Source of the DNA: Antedon mediterranea
Taxonomy: Eukaryota > Animalia > Echinodermata
Direction of reading: 5' to 3'
DNA: 64,000 bases
Assembly: GCF_964355755.1 (NCBI RefSeq)
Contig: NC_092674.1
Coordinates: 25,110,001 to 25,174,000 of the forward strand
The position numbers and the translations under genes were made by a program. Below are positions 13,001 to 28,500 of this stretch, one piece after another; positions within the stretch are counted from its first letter, which is position 1, and the number at the start of each line of letters is the position of its first letter. Below the pieces are notes generated by a model, which worked only from the letters and a program-made list of their open reading frames with translations, had not been told where the DNA came from and did not search any database.

Positions 13001-16000
13001 AAAGGTAAAATGTCTTTGAAATAACATTGTAGTTTTATGGCTGACAATACTTAAGTGTTCTCTCCAAATAATTGACCGACCGTGCAATATTTGGAAGACA
13101 TTCTGGCGGCGGCAACCAAGAGAATTCTGTGGAACGCTAAGACATCATCGTCATTGCGGATTCTCCTCTTTGCCAAGTTCCTTCCCATCAAAGTAAAATT
13201 AGAAATTAAAAGACGTCCTTCGGTCATCTTGTATCATCTCTAACATTAGACATCCTGCATCCTTCCCCTCCACCAAAGCAAAATTTTAGAAATTAGAAAG
13301 ACTTCCTTGCCATCTGAGACTACGTACTGGTTGTTCTTGAGTATGTATGAAGGAATAGGTTGTTGAAAGAATCGACCGGCTCCTTGGGTGGTTGGCTAAG
13401 AGAAAGGAAGAATTATTTTGAATGAGAAATGGCGGATGCTGCTGGTGAATTGCAGGGCCGCCCTTGTGGAGCTGTTAAAGCTGAAAATATAACACATAAG
13501 TGAAATATTGAGTAAAAAATACACATAGGCCTACTATGAGGAATAATTTACCAGTTATTTGAAACAAAATGGCGAATATTTTTGACGTGTAGTTATTATG
13601 AATAACTTAAAACCACTAGCCAACTAACTAGACCTACATAACAGGCAAGATACTGTTTTCGTTCGTTCTTTCTTTTGAGTGTTACTTTTGACAAGGTTTG
13701 AGAGTCACAGGAGATTGCTCCGTACTATAAATTATCCAGAAATGCCCACTATAGCAACAGCCCAATCCCCTATTTCATCCGCCTGCTGCTTAATGCCTGA
13801 TCTTATTGTATTTTATAAAAAAAAAAGGTTTAATTATTTTAAGTATTGGTGTATTGTTTTTATCTTTAAGAGCAAAATCTGACTATCTACTAAGTTGTAA
13901 CGTTGCTACATTGGTTTTTTGTGTTGTTTAAAATAATAATATAACAAAATAGTGTATAGCTTAAATGTATAGAGATATCAGACAAGAGAAGATTGAATAT
14001 GCCATTGATCACATCCTTCGCTTTACTATTTTGCATTATTTAACATTATCGCCCAGTTGATAAAATATAGATCTTATAAGCAAATCAACACTTTTGACTA
14101 TATAAAACACCATAAAATCAAACGCACAGTATACAACTTCATCCGATAATATAAATGAGTACAGAACAGAGACAGCAAGAGATATATTATTATGTATATA
14201 TCAAATCACGTAGGCCTCTTTTTTTGTCCGTAGAGCATAATGTTCGTGTATAATCTGACAATCTCGATTACGACCCGAGCGTACATAAACGCATGTCCCA
14301 TTATTATAACAAAACCAGCACTAATAACAAAGCTGAGGGAATTCAACTCCGTCTACATAAAACTATATCTACAATTATTATAACAAAATTGAACTGGATT
14401 GTTGAGGAATGCATTCTCAAATTGGCTGTCCATTCATACTGCAATGTTCGTGTGTAAACAAAATAAGCAGTAAATCTGCCCAAACGTATACTAATGCATT
14501 ATGTATTGCGAGGTTACACACATTATTATTTATGATGCTGTAAAATTATCGTCTTCATGCTCAGGTAAAGCAATTAATAGAATTTTGAATGCAGTTTGTT
14601 GTATTATGAGTACAGTAGACTTTCAACCATAAATGTCTCGGTGACGTCACAAAATGACGCAATGTTTGCGCGCGCGTAAATAAGCGTAACAACAACATTT
14701 TAACGCTCGTGACAATATCATCAACGTTTCAACGCGTGCGTCATACGTTGCGTCACTTTATCCATCAAACTAAGAAAAAAATAAAACTAACATTTTAAAA
14801 ATCACGCCAAGCGAACGTATTACGTTTTCCCCATAATCTGAATTCCTTAAATATATCATCACTAACTTTAAACTACAGTAAACAACCAGACTATGCAAAC
14901 AAATCAAGCGTACAAAATGTTATAAATATATAAAACGTTGGATAATAAAAAAAAACCGATATTGTTCTTAATTTTCCAAGGATCACCAACGATATTTTGG
15001 TCCAATAGAGGCAGAGAGGTTACGTATGCCTAATTCCCTTTCATACACTCCTATGTACCTAATTCAGATTTACGTTTGATACGTGAATATGACGTTATAA
15101 ACGTCACCAATACAAACCATATAATGACGTATCAATTACGTAATGGTAACGTTTCAACTGTTATGAAAACTGAATTTATAAAATGTTTACGTTGTATTTC
15201 ATTGAATCCTGGAACTGTTCATGCATAACATACAATGCGATTACTATCGTGTACAAACACGCACATCAATGTATCGACGGTTTAGGATTATCCAATGTTC
15301 TGTTTGAAATTCTGGTGTATATTGCAAACATATTTGATTCACACTAAGTTAATTTTCATGGCGCAATATTGGTATATAGAAGTGTAAGCTGTTGAATAAT
15401 CACGGTATACATTTAATAATAGACTAATATCTTACTTTGAAGTAATGTAATTATGGTATGATGATGTGTAATAATGTTAAATTTGAATGTGACCATATAA
15501 AATCATATGGTTCACTTTAAAATGTTTTACAATTTTCCTAGGCTTGTTAGAACCTTTCTACTCGGGTTGATAATTACTTGTTCATTATTCTTTAACAATT
15601 GTTAATTGTTATTTATTCTTAACTATTCTTCTAAAAATAATTTTGCTAAGGGTTAGACAAAGTGCACCTGACTTAAGTGATCGATTTATTTAATATCGGT
15701 TTCTGGAAGACTATGGAACGCCATTACTGCATCCTGTACGTCATGCTGTTTAGGGTCAATTATGTTGCTTTTACGGGTATGTGGTAGACTGCAGATACGA
15801 CAGGTGCTGGCGGAAATACCTTATGTACTCACTGTTATATTTGGTTTGTCATTTTTTATGTAACATTATATCAAGTTGAAGATGAATGTACGTGGAAAAT
15901 AAAATTTAGTTTAATAAATGTTAATCTTATCAGACAATTATATTATCATATATATTTTTGACACACTTGATACAAAATTAACAATTGGTAGATAAAATGC

Positions 16001-19000
16001 ACTGTGCAATATAACAATATGTAAATGTATATTATAATTTTCCTCATGATGTTTGGAGTTGGAGGCCCTCTATAGACCCACTACAGCTAGAAGTACAGCG
16101 GGCTTACGTCCCATCCGAAGGACGAGTCTCGTATTGGCTGAGGATACAAACAATATGGCAGTTTAACCCATTACCCCTCTCACTGTGCTTAGTAGATCCG
16201 ATTCCAATACGCCGTATCATCACTATACGCATGTTTGGCATGCATTGATTTTGTGGTAGCGATAGTTTCATGTTGTAAGCTTGGACCTATAAAATGTACA
16301 GGTCCATGTTGTAAGCATGCGCAGACTGTTTATGCAGAATGTAGAGATAAGATAGGCCAGAAACACCAGTGATGCCTTATTTATTTCGAATGTAATTGTT
16401 GTATTTTAAAATACACAATTCATTATAATCTAATTTTTAAAAGTTTTTTTTTTTTTTTTGTTGATAAATTTGCTAAACGCTGTATTGTTATCGATGTCGA
16501 GTTTTAATGTACATTTATGGTAAGCTATGAATAACAATGACAGATACAACTGAGCGACAAACACATACAGATTACAAACTAGACAACAAAAACACCCATC
16601 ACTGTTATCTCAAATCGAACATATCTAAGGAGCATGTTTTACGTTGGAATTATTATTATTACTGCGTTATAAAGTCACTAATTCGATTAATAGAATACTG
16701 TTACTTTGGTATTGCAACGAATTTGTCGGATATTGTCAAGACATAATTCTTCTGTTAAATCAAGTATATCCAATTACATATATAAATTGTTAAAATAATT
16801 TAAATCAGAATACGTCTACAGACACACGCTTCCTATACGACGTTACTATTTAAATGAAATACAACAGACAAAATTCATATTCTTCGTTGTTCATGTCTAA
16901 AAATCAACTCTTAAAAACGAGATTGTTATTTGAACTGACAGAAAAACAGACACAAAATAGAAAATATTTATTAGGACTATCTATAGATATATATTTTTGA
17001 AGAAAATATTTTGTCAGTATATTATTGATTTACACCATGTTTGGCTTAGACCGTACCTTAGCTGCTTCGCTAGTATCTGCATTCTTGGGACGATCTCGGT
17101 GTCCAAGTTAGCCTCATTCGGGATGAGATATTGCTGGGCTCCAACTAATCGGTTGAGCAAGACGTTTCCTCTTGGTACGATGTCTTCGGGATTCTACAAA
17201 GAAAAACAAATCTGAATTAAAATACTGAATAGTTTTATGCTGGGTAGATGACAATGGGGTTGGATTGCCTTGGTAGGCCCTATTAGTAAATACTTTTCAT
17301 AAACTCCCCCACCACCCCCACAATAAAAACAAAATCGGAAGTTAGTCAATTACAAAGAGGAGTAAAAACTAAATACTTTAGACTTAGGTTACATATAAGC
17401 GTAATGTCGTTCAATCCTTATAGAAACTGTTTTTAGATAGATATTTATTCATTGCCGGTACTAATACGTGGGATATACATAGGCCTAATAATGATAGAGA
17501 ATTGGAAAACAAATTTGTATCACCATACCACACCGCAAAATTGTTGTGCGCAGCCAAAAAACAACGAGTGAATGGGCAGCGTAAGCCTACATAGCAAAAA
17601 ACAAGACTCAAACATTATAGAGACAGTTTTGTCCCTCTACTAATAAGAATTAAAAGTTGGTAGAAGATATACAAAATCTAAACTATAAATTAAATCGTAA
17701 ACGTACGTGCTTCACGTTATCGGATATACTAAACGAAACAAATTTATGTAATGCTATGCTTAATGGAAAGACTTCGTCTGAAATATCTCAAGAAACAACC
17801 GTGGCTATAAAATTGAATAGTTACTTATTCAAAATAAGTAGTTTAATTCCGTAAATTGACTAAATGTCAGCAGGTATGATCAACTGTAAGTAGTATTTTT
17901 AGAAAATAAAATACACTCGTTAAACTGCCTGTCATTAAAGGGCCAGGTGTCACTTTTTATAATCGCTTTTTGAAGTTACAAATATGATTTCTTCTCCAAA
18001 TATCATTATACATGCAAGCAGAATTATATAGAACGAAACGCGTACGAGCGTATGAACTTTGAACTTTGTAGCCTACAATCAACTTCAATTTTGTTTCCGG
18101 GAAATTTGAAAGGGAGACATAACATGCTGAACTTCATGAGAAAATATTAATAAGAACTATAATTGCTAATTACAGGAGCAAAGACGTCCTAGTTTTGATT
18201 AGTCAGACATATGTAAGCATACTTTTAAATAGTAACAGCAGAAAATAGAAGATTTAGGATGCCTGAGTGGACAGAATTCCAATCTACAACTTAGCCTAAA
18301 GATTAAATACCTTTATTTAAAAAAAGAAGACGTCTAAAAATAGCACTCTGGCAACACCTTTTTAAAGTAACAATTTGGGACTAGAATTTAATATTTTAAT
18401 ATTATTCAGGCCTACAACTGTCCAAAATGATCGATTGACAAAAACAAGGGCGATTTCAACACAATTTATTTAGATTCCAAAATCGTTTAAAATTCAGACA
18501 AAATAACTAAATGTTCGAAGATATATAACCTTTTCTATATTTCTAATAGACTTACCTTCATTTTGGAACGCAAGAGAAGATGCGCCTCCAAGCCCAGTAT
18601 CCCAGCAGCCACAGCAGTAGTTCTGCAATGATTGGATAGGACAGCACCACATGTAATCACGGCATTACATTTCATTTCCACAGCTTCTGCCAATAGAAAC
18701 TCCAATTTTCTAACCTATGATATTTTGATTAAAAGTTGATTAAAATAATCATTATCTAAATCAATTAGACACACGGGGTATAACCTGCTTGCTACTGGCC
18801 AAAAAAGTTCATTGCGTAACTGTTTCCACCACTATTAATTTCTTTAATACGTGTATATTTCACGTTAATTCTTTTAAAAATGTGTACAATGTTACCATTG
18901 TGGTAGTACCGGGCTAGTCTAAGTTATTATCAGCAACTTCCACCAACAAAGTAAATCCTTTTATACTCTTAATTTTTAATTTTTCCCATTTTTTTTCTTA

Positions 19001-19468
19001 ATATAAATCTTAATTGATATTGATGTGTTTGGTCTAAATCCTATTTTAATGCTGTTCTTCATTTTGTTGCTTTAACACCTTTTCAATAAAAGAGAGCACA
19101 TCGTATGTTTGACTGATTGTCACAATGTGTGAAGTTACTATACTATACGGAGTAGTAATTGGGCCTACAAATTTGATTGCATACTCGCGTCAAATTATCA
19201 TCGATATTTCTGTGTGTTTAACGAATTACTGCATCTAAGTTAGTAGGCAATTTCCGTCATACAGCATATTATGTGTTTCACATGTAACGCCTACCATAGA
19301 TCAAACACTCCCTTAATTAAACGCTTCCTCTGATACAGGCACCGCATGTGATACACATTGGCTATGATACTGCAGAAATGTGGTGGTTATTTGGGGATTG
19401 TACACTGAGAATCGTTTTCATTCGACAATCTAATCATGCACTAATAATCATGAAGATCGGATAATAAT

Positions 19469-19517
<49 letters not shown>

Positions 19518-22500
19518 CGTATTAATAATAGGTCCGATATGCCTACGGCACGGTACAACGCGAATAATAATTGAGCATGCGTATATCATCATTTTTTCTG
19601 TACTAAATATTGGCTAACGTTTGCATAATCGTGACAGAATCATATAACATTTTAATGTGTTATGACAGATTTCAAAACAAACTGAGAGCATTCAACCTTC
19701 TACACACTTTAATTTAATATAGACTTGGGATACCCAATGTTGTATGTAAATGTTCACATCACAGCGAGTGGTCAAATTAAAGCGTTTGGCAGAGTTAAAA
19801 CAACGGCGGCCGGGTACATTAAATTGTTTGAACATATTATTGTGAATAGTTTCGTGGTAGATTTTCCAAATTTGGTAAGCTTGTGATTAGAAACTCTCCT
19901 CTGGAGACACCCATATTTGAGGACAACCTTTTAAAAGGACAATTCCCTGTGAAACGGATATGCAAGGTACACCAAATAAAAGAAAAGGACGGATCCATCC
20001 TTGAAATAAAGTGGGGTGGGAGAGAAACAATTCCAAGTATTTGTGCCACACGCCCCGCGTGGTTGGGCCTGTGGTGAAGCGAATTTTGTAAACTTACAGG
20101 GGGACAGTACCTTATTGAGTCTCGAGGTTTCCTCTTAAAATACGGTCTATTGTATTTTTTTTTAAATGTATTCATGTTTCATGTTAATATTCAATGTCGT
20201 CAATAATATCATGGAAAAGGGTACATCACTACACCGGAAATTATACCCACATCATGGTATGACTTACACAACCTTTATAGTACTTTTATGTGGAAGTAAG
20301 TCAACTTCATACAAGTCGTGTCATAGTAACAAATTAAAATACGATCTAAGTATTTGGTGTGTTTATCTATATAATTTTACATTATCTCAGAATTATATCG
20401 ATGTTCAGAAGTAACAGAAACGATTAGAAAGGAAAAGCGATGGACTGGAGTCACGTGACGGATGAATAGAGTTGATAAAGACATTTAAAACGTTACAAAC
20501 TGTTAATTTCAACACATAAGACCAGTGGGAATTTCACATTTCGCAGCATAATTTCATAAGTGAAACGATATTCTTTAATAATTATACTCCAGGTAATTTT
20601 TACTTGCAAAGCTATTAAAATCACAGTCTGATAATAAATATATTGCTGGAGACAGGTATCTCTTTCCATATAAATTATTTTCTAAATTATGTAAAAACAT
20701 TCTGAATAATTTTGTTTAAACTAGGGACATTGTTAAAATCCTATAATATGAATTTAAAAAAAAGAAAATATTGCGATATAATTAATTTGTTCTAAACTAT
20801 GATGAGCGCCAACATGTTTTTTTAAACAAATGTTGATGGATTTAATATTACAGGTATTCGATTTTTCATGTATTTTTTTAAACAGAGTAAAGTTTTTCCT
20901 CCAATTAGTGACCACTCAATTGTTGTTTTTGTAGGCACTCTTACTTGGTAATGTACGATTTTTTTGGTTGTATCAAGGCATTCTAAGTCGCCTTGCCAAG
21001 ATAGGAACTCGTAACAGTCCTCCTCGACAACAGTACCGTAGCCTAATATTATATGCGGCGCACAGTGTCTGTTTAGGAGGCGTGGAACTGATCGTGTCGC
21101 AGCCACAACTAACCCCTTGATCTTCGGAGCTCAGTATCCTGTTGTTTTGGTCTTATGGACTAAAACGCAGCGCGAGTTTTACTAAGCAACGACTAGCTAC
21201 ATGTAGCAAAGTTGTCAAAGTAACAACGCAAGTTGTTACAACGCACGTTGTTACTTTGACGGATTTTAACCAGAAATCAGACCAAAATTGTGCTGCTTAA
21301 GATGGAGACAACTCTTTGTTAGCCATTCGGTTAGACGTTCCCCTTTTAATTTCTCTTCGTTAGATTCTCAACTTTCTTGAACCCTAGACTATCGTACCGT
21401 ACGATATATGTTTTAGACAAACTTCACCCAGGTCGCAGAGAGGTCACAATGAACGCACTAATTAGATGGAAACTGCTAGGACATGAATAGTATTTCAGTA
21501 ATTATTGTTTATATAATTATTTATTCATTATGTATATTTGGTCAATTCTCATCATTAAGTAAATTGAATTACGTATGTGGTCTGAAGTTATACATGCAAT
21601 CACGGTAATACTATTGTATCGTCCGATGATTACACCATAGAGATGGAACGCAATTAGGTAAATTGTAATGATTATACTTATATAACACTTTAGCCTACGT
21701 CTGATAAGTAAAATAAGTAACTGTAATATTTATAAATGCGTAATTTACCGGTATTCATATTCAAGTGTGCTCAAACGATAATATACTGGGTGGTCAATCA
21801 CTAACCATATAAGATAAGATAATATATATATATGTATATACAAGTATATCACTCTCGTATGATACGTAAAATAAGTGTTATATATGTTTATATCATATAC
21901 AGTTATTATTTATAAATGCGTAATGTATTCATAATTCAAGAATGTGTTTTGACGTGAAGTGTGCTCAAAATGTAATATAATCGTCCAGTCAATAATTTAT
22001 AAATGTCGAGAAAACCCGTTTATAATCACATACGTTGCGCTCCTATCAAATTACTGAAATATTATTGTTAATTCACGATATAGTGTATTACGATGCGATA
22101 AGTTAATGGTTGAACAGAGTGAGATTCGTAGGCATCGACCGACAGCAGGTGACATGACCGTCAAGTGCCCACCTACTATTAACAATATTTGTTACATTTC
22201 AGAAACGCGTTGAATTAAATGGTTTGTGCCAATAGCGGTTGATATCGTTTCGGACGATAGACGATCGGTAAACCGACCAAAGAACGGTAAACCGACCGAA
22301 GAACGGTAAACCGACCAAACAACGGTAAACCGATCAAACAACGGTAAACCGACCAAACAATGGTAAACCGGCCAAAGAACGGTAAACCGACTGTACAACG
22401 GTAAACCGACCGAAGAACGGTAAACCGACGGAAGAACGGTATACGGCCTACCTCAGTGTATTATACGTACGCGCATGCGTAGATTTATATTTTGTATACA

Positions 22501-25500
22501 TGTCCGTCTCCTTCGGCTACCAGGGGATACGGGAAGAGCACTAACGTACGTTTAGTAACAGTCTGTCAAAAATATATAATGTAGTTCATAATGTCATTTT
22601 AGCTGTCAAAGAGAAAAGCGCGCGACCCCTTGGTCCTGAGTCCAGAAACAAAAGCTCGCTTCATTAGGCATCGGTCAGCGGGTGACCTGTCCACCAATTA
22701 TTTAGCCTTATGCATTCGTGTGCCTTTAATTGGCAAGATGCGTCCAATGAAACTACGACTCAATTTGATTGAACAGATTACATACAGTAGGCGTAATGAG
22801 AATTAAGTAGACGCTACCTCCTACTATTAAGAGTCTTAACTGTTTAGTAGCTAAACCAATATCAATTAAACTGATTATCTTTCAAATGAATCTGTTGAAA
22901 ATACGACTTTGTGTCTGTTTAACTTGCAGAACGTTATGGCCAAACGATCGATCATGAATAACGCGGGAAACGGATTGGTAATGTTAAAAGACCACGAAAT
23001 ATTGGAATGGGAAAAAAAGTTTGTAATCAATGTTCAATGTACGTTTTTACCTAATAGCAATGCATTTGTGCTGCTTGGGAACCAATATAAATTCGAAATT
23101 AAACTTATGTCCTACAGATAGCGACTTTATTTCCCTATATTTTACCGTATATAGTTTATTTTGTTTTGATTTAGTGTGTTTCCTGCAATATATATGGCCA
23201 TATCATAGAATTACGGCAGCAAAACGTAAAGTTTAGTTGGTTTTTTTTTTTGACGTATTACAAGTTGTGAACTGGTTTAATCAGAAAACAACCGCGCGGC
23301 AACTCAAAATTCTCACAAACAGAAGCGAAATCAAACATAATTTATTTATGTTGAAGTTTTCTCCTAAATGGAAGAAGTTAACAATAGTAACGTTTAGGCT
23401 TACAATTTTTTTCGAACATGCACGGCGGCGAAATAACAACACATTTAAATTCATCGATGTAACGTTGTCCCAATGTGATGCAAACGATTTGAGGACAAGA
23501 TAATTATAAATGCAAAATGTATTAAATCATCTTAAATGGTGATGCCCAGAAGGGTGTATTAATTTGTTATTAAATTATAATAGTGTCTACTATTTGACTG
23601 ATTGTAAACACATATAGACCTCAAAGCTAAGCAACGGCAACGAATCTCTCCATTTAAAGACCACAGGCCCGGATACCGCCTATTATCATTAGCTGCTTTC
23701 TCCAATTAAAGACTACCTCTCATTAGAGACCAAAGACCACAATTTGGTTATGGGCCCAACTGAACATTTTCCCTCTCCAATTAAAAACCACTTTAAAATA
23801 AACTTGCATAAGGGCTACATACTTATTATAAACAACGCAATAAATGGAATTGGTAAGTAATAAATGAAGTAGCGAGAATTTTTCCATTAGGTAGGATGTC
23901 TTTTTTCACCAGAAATAGATATGCCAGGGTAAGCAATCATGGACTCTAGGGGATAGCTGAAGAAAATATTGTTTTAGGCCTAGCCAAAAATATGCCTGAA
24001 AGAATTAGCCAAATTGTCCAGAGCAGGCACTTTCGCGACTGGTCTCTAGGCCTACTTTTGAAAAGGGGAACTTCAGGACAAATAGGGTTCATTCGAACCC
24101 TATTCAAACCTCCTGGCTACGGGCTTAAATAAAGGTGGCTGTACTCTAACAAAGGATAATTCATATGAAAAAAAATATACGAAATTAAAGATGGTGAATG
24201 CCATGGCTGCTTGCTGTCGTTATAATAAGCAATTACTTAACCATACATATAATCATATTTATTTATAAGTGATTATCAATAATTTAACCCTGTGTAATTA
24301 CGAATACAAATTTCTTTCACTGAAGGCGAAATCCGCTACATTGAATAATCCATCGTTATTATTATTATAGGATATTTTTCATCTACGTTATTCATTTGAT
24401 ATTAAATCAAACGGACATTTAAAAATATGGCTGTCGGGCAAATAGACAAACTGGATCCTAATGCGTCTTGTGGTACGTGAAAGGTGATGCATCAACATGA
24501 TGATGTAGAAGAAGTCTTGTATTTGTTTTTGAACAGACAGGAGCCTAAACAACTTTCATATTTCAGGGTTAGAGTTTATAGGGTGTCACTTTAGTGCCGA
24601 CATGCGCATTACTATTTAAGCTTGGTTCCCACTAGAGCGTAACGCAAGGACGTAACGCAACGCAAAGTGATTTGACCAATCTCAAGCGATGGATTATTCG
24701 AACAGTCGCGTGTGCTTGGTCAACTCGCTTGCGTTGCGTCTACGTCCTTGCGTTGCGTTATAGTGGGAACCAAGCTTTACGGATGGAACTGACAACGCGT
24801 ACCATGTAGGAACCTTTCTATGTTTAATATGAATGTATTGGCAATATATACCGCTCCAGCTTCTGCGAGCTAGCCCTAAATATTCTGTAAGCCAAGAACG
24901 TCGTACGTGCGTCGAATACCGTTTAGAAAATGATGGTTTAGCAATATTAATGACAAGCCTCATTTGAACGTCGCCAGCTGATTATATTAAAATGCTGGGG
25001 CGCTAAGCCCATAATATGACACGTCTAACCTTGTTACCAGTCATTGCTGCCCCCGTCATATCATCACGTTTTATGTACAATTCAACGTCCTCCGGTATGC
25101 CTGGGATTTTCCACAAATGTATTGGCGTCATTGGTTGAAATAGCTATAAAAAAAAATTGAAATTCATATGTTATGATTTTTCTCATCAAAATAAATATAA
25201 ACATAACTGTATTTCGAGCCCTTGTTGCTCATATCATCATTATCATTATCGTCGTCGTTTATCATTGTCACTCTTCTCGTCGTTTGATCAACATCATCAT
25301 CATCATTATCATCATCATCATCATTATCATTATAATCATCATCCGTCATCTTTACCAGTGTAACTATTATTTTTTTCAACATCAACATCATCACCATCCT
25401 TGTAATCTCAGCATCGTTCATAATCTTTGTCATTTAATCCCAGCGTCACTATCACTATCACTATCCTTGCCATCATCTGAACATAAAGTATCCTCTCCCG

Positions 25501-28500
25501 CTCTCAATTTTATCAACATCTTCGTCATCATTATCATTTAGTTCTCAGTAATAATATTAACGATTATTAATTATACCAAACCATCTCATTACCTCGGCGT
25601 GCCATATTTATTCTAATAATATCGCTGTGTAATCTTTTGTCATTATTTCTTAATTATTGATCGATTTGTGTCATCCGTTGATATATTTATTCAATAAAAT
25701 AGTATTTTCTTTTCCTCATGGTACATCATCGTTCATCGTAACAATGTCGATATTAAATGAATGAGAACATTAGTGTTAATAATGCGTGTAAGGATTATGA
25801 CAATGAGGCTGCTCTGTTAAAGGAAACTTGATCCCATTGCCGTAGTTCAATAACTGTTATGATACCTGAAGTCATACACATGCTAGTACATCGGATGAAA
25901 ACACTCAGATATACCTAAGTTTTTTAGAACTCAGATTTCAAGATCTAGGAAACACAGATCTCAGATATACATGAGTTTTCTAGAACTCAGATTTCAAGAT
26001 CTAGGTAACACAGCTCTCTGATATACCTGAGTTTTCTAGAACTCAGATTTTAAGATCTACGAAACAGATCTCAGATATACCTGAGTTTTCTAGAATTCGG
26101 ATTTCCAAGATTTAGGAAACACAAATCTCAGATATACTTGAGTTTTCTAGAACACAGATTTCAAGATCTAGGAAACACAGATCTCAGATATACCTAAGTT
26201 TTCTAGAACTCAGATTTCAAGATCTAGGAAACACAGATCTCAGATATACCTGAGTTTTCTAGAACTCGGATTTCAAGATCTGAGTTTTCTATTTTCGTTC
26301 TGTTCTGCTATAAGATGATCTATCATCCGAATTTTCGGTTGTTATTGATCAACTGACGTCCTGCCTATACGTCGTTGCGTTGCGTCCGATTTAGTTTTAA
26401 AGGAAGGAAATTACGAAACATACGATAACGATTAATCAATCGATTTTTAGTTACAGCATTTTTTTTCTCGATTAGGCATACATTTACTTGTAGGCAATGT
26501 CATGGTATTTCAGAGCCTACACTTAAATAAAGTCAGCGTTTAAATATACGTTTAACGAAATCAAACGGGTTCCAATGCTATTACTGTCACCATATACTAC
26601 CTATAACGCTCGATGACAGGCTGTTCGAACAATGAATACCTCGTCACCATGCGTGTATGATTCTCCGCTATGTTTAAATACCAACCAATAGGCGGTTTGT
26701 CGATACAATATGTTCGTTTTGTATTTACGGAAGACAGATTATAATTGACGCACACTCCCAGTGTTTAGCATTAGAGCCATAAATTGAATTAATCCGAATT
26801 ATTTGATTAAAGATGTCGATTTTATTCAATTACCCCTTATCCAATTTCAAGATACAATGTTTACTTAACCAATTACTATCATATATTAATGTAAATTTGA
26901 CAATGAATGAATATCATTTTCAGAGCAAATCCATTTGCAAGTTATGGTTAGGCCTATTTTATTAACGTTGAGAAAGCTAGGCATTAGAACGACTAATGCT
27001 ATAAACAAGGGTGTGTGTGTGTGGGTTTCGACATTATGGGCCTAGGCCTACTTCAGCCTTATTCATGAAAAGGGCGCTATATAAATGTGGTATTATTATT
27101 ATTATTATTAATGATTTAGGTCATGTCAGCAATACCGACAATACTCATTCGATCGATTTACATGATTGGTACAGATTTTTTATTTTCTATGAAAAAGAAG
27201 AGAAAATCCACACATTCGGAGCACCGATAGGAGTTCGTATATACGGTCTTGTATAGAGGACAATCCCGATCGCAAGATTTGCCCGACGGAGGGGCCAAAA
27301 GCCCCGACGGTGTGGAGGGGATAGCATGCGCGCGAAGCTATAACAGTTAGTAACACTAGATGTTGCTTTTCGATATATAAATTATGTCTGGAAGAGTTTA
27401 TTTATTTTCTTTGTATAAGTTTGAAAGAATGTTCTTTCATACTCTGAAAAGGGTCGATAAAGAAATATAAATTTCAATTCAATCAATCAATCAATCATTG
27501 TCATTGGCATTGTCCAGTCCCAGATTTGGTGACGTTCGACGTGCGTTCAAAGCCGCACCAATTATCTACGCCGCGTGTTTACGGTGTGCGTAAAACCCCC
27601 TATTCCAGATATTTCAATATTTAATATTTATTGCCACAGACATTCGCATGATTGTAACGAAGGACATTTTGGAATCGTATTAAGTTCATGCTACTAATAC
27701 AGGACGCTCTACATCAGCGCAAAGTAAAACACGTTCTATGTGTAGGCCTACAGACTGTCTAATCACAAGGGCGGATTAAAATTAACCTAAAGCAGAGAGA
27801 GCATAGTTACCAGACGAGGTGGCTTCTACGCACGTATATCTTTATTAACTGGCTCGCTTTTCTCGGAGAAATTTGGCGCCAGCATTCGAAACTCGCAATA
27901 CGCGGAACCGTCACGGAATTCTAATACTTAACCTTACACTTTGCAGTCGTTTGCAAACATATGACAGTTTCATTGAAGTAGTAGGAAGCATACATGATGA
28001 GCAAAGTTCCAATATTTGTATCAGTGTTATGTGGATTTACAGCTAGCACTGAGATTAGGGTAACTCTGATTTCATTTGTTTTGTCGTATGTTCACTTGTT
28101 ACCCGTATTCGGCTGTTGACGACTGCTGTTGTTTGTGGTGGTATCAGACAGGATCTAAAACCATGCCATCTCCAAGAATCTAATTGTGACTCAATATTTG
28201 TTTTACTCTTTGAATAAATCAACGTGGCAGACAGTTGTCTGTTAAGGACTTGGATTTGAAATTATTAGATTTTTAATCTTCTCTTTACTGCATATTATTA
28301 TAATTAATATTATGCATACGCCTTTAGGCGGCCTAGGCATGGTTGCGCGCAACTTGAAGGGCTGTTCGTGGAGGTATTAAATATAAAATCAATTAAATCA
28401 TCTGCTGTTTACGTGTCTGTTTATAGGCCTATTGTCGCATTTCTATATTTTTGTTTGTTTGTCCCACATCTATTATTCCTCATGGGCATCGTAATCTTGT

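Noticed and set aside
15660-15920. Possible nested small gene exon with downstream AATAAA
   Set aside because: No convincing splice-bounded ORF or recognisable protein in the frames checked.
22266-22440. CRISPR-like repeat/spacer appearance
   Set aside because: The period is only 19 bp, the linkers are 9 nt and similar to each other, there are no cas genes, and the context is a eukaryotic intron.
25157-25541. His-, Asp- and Ile-rich ORFs
   Set aside because: These are translations of a degenerate (CAT)n microsatellite in three frames.
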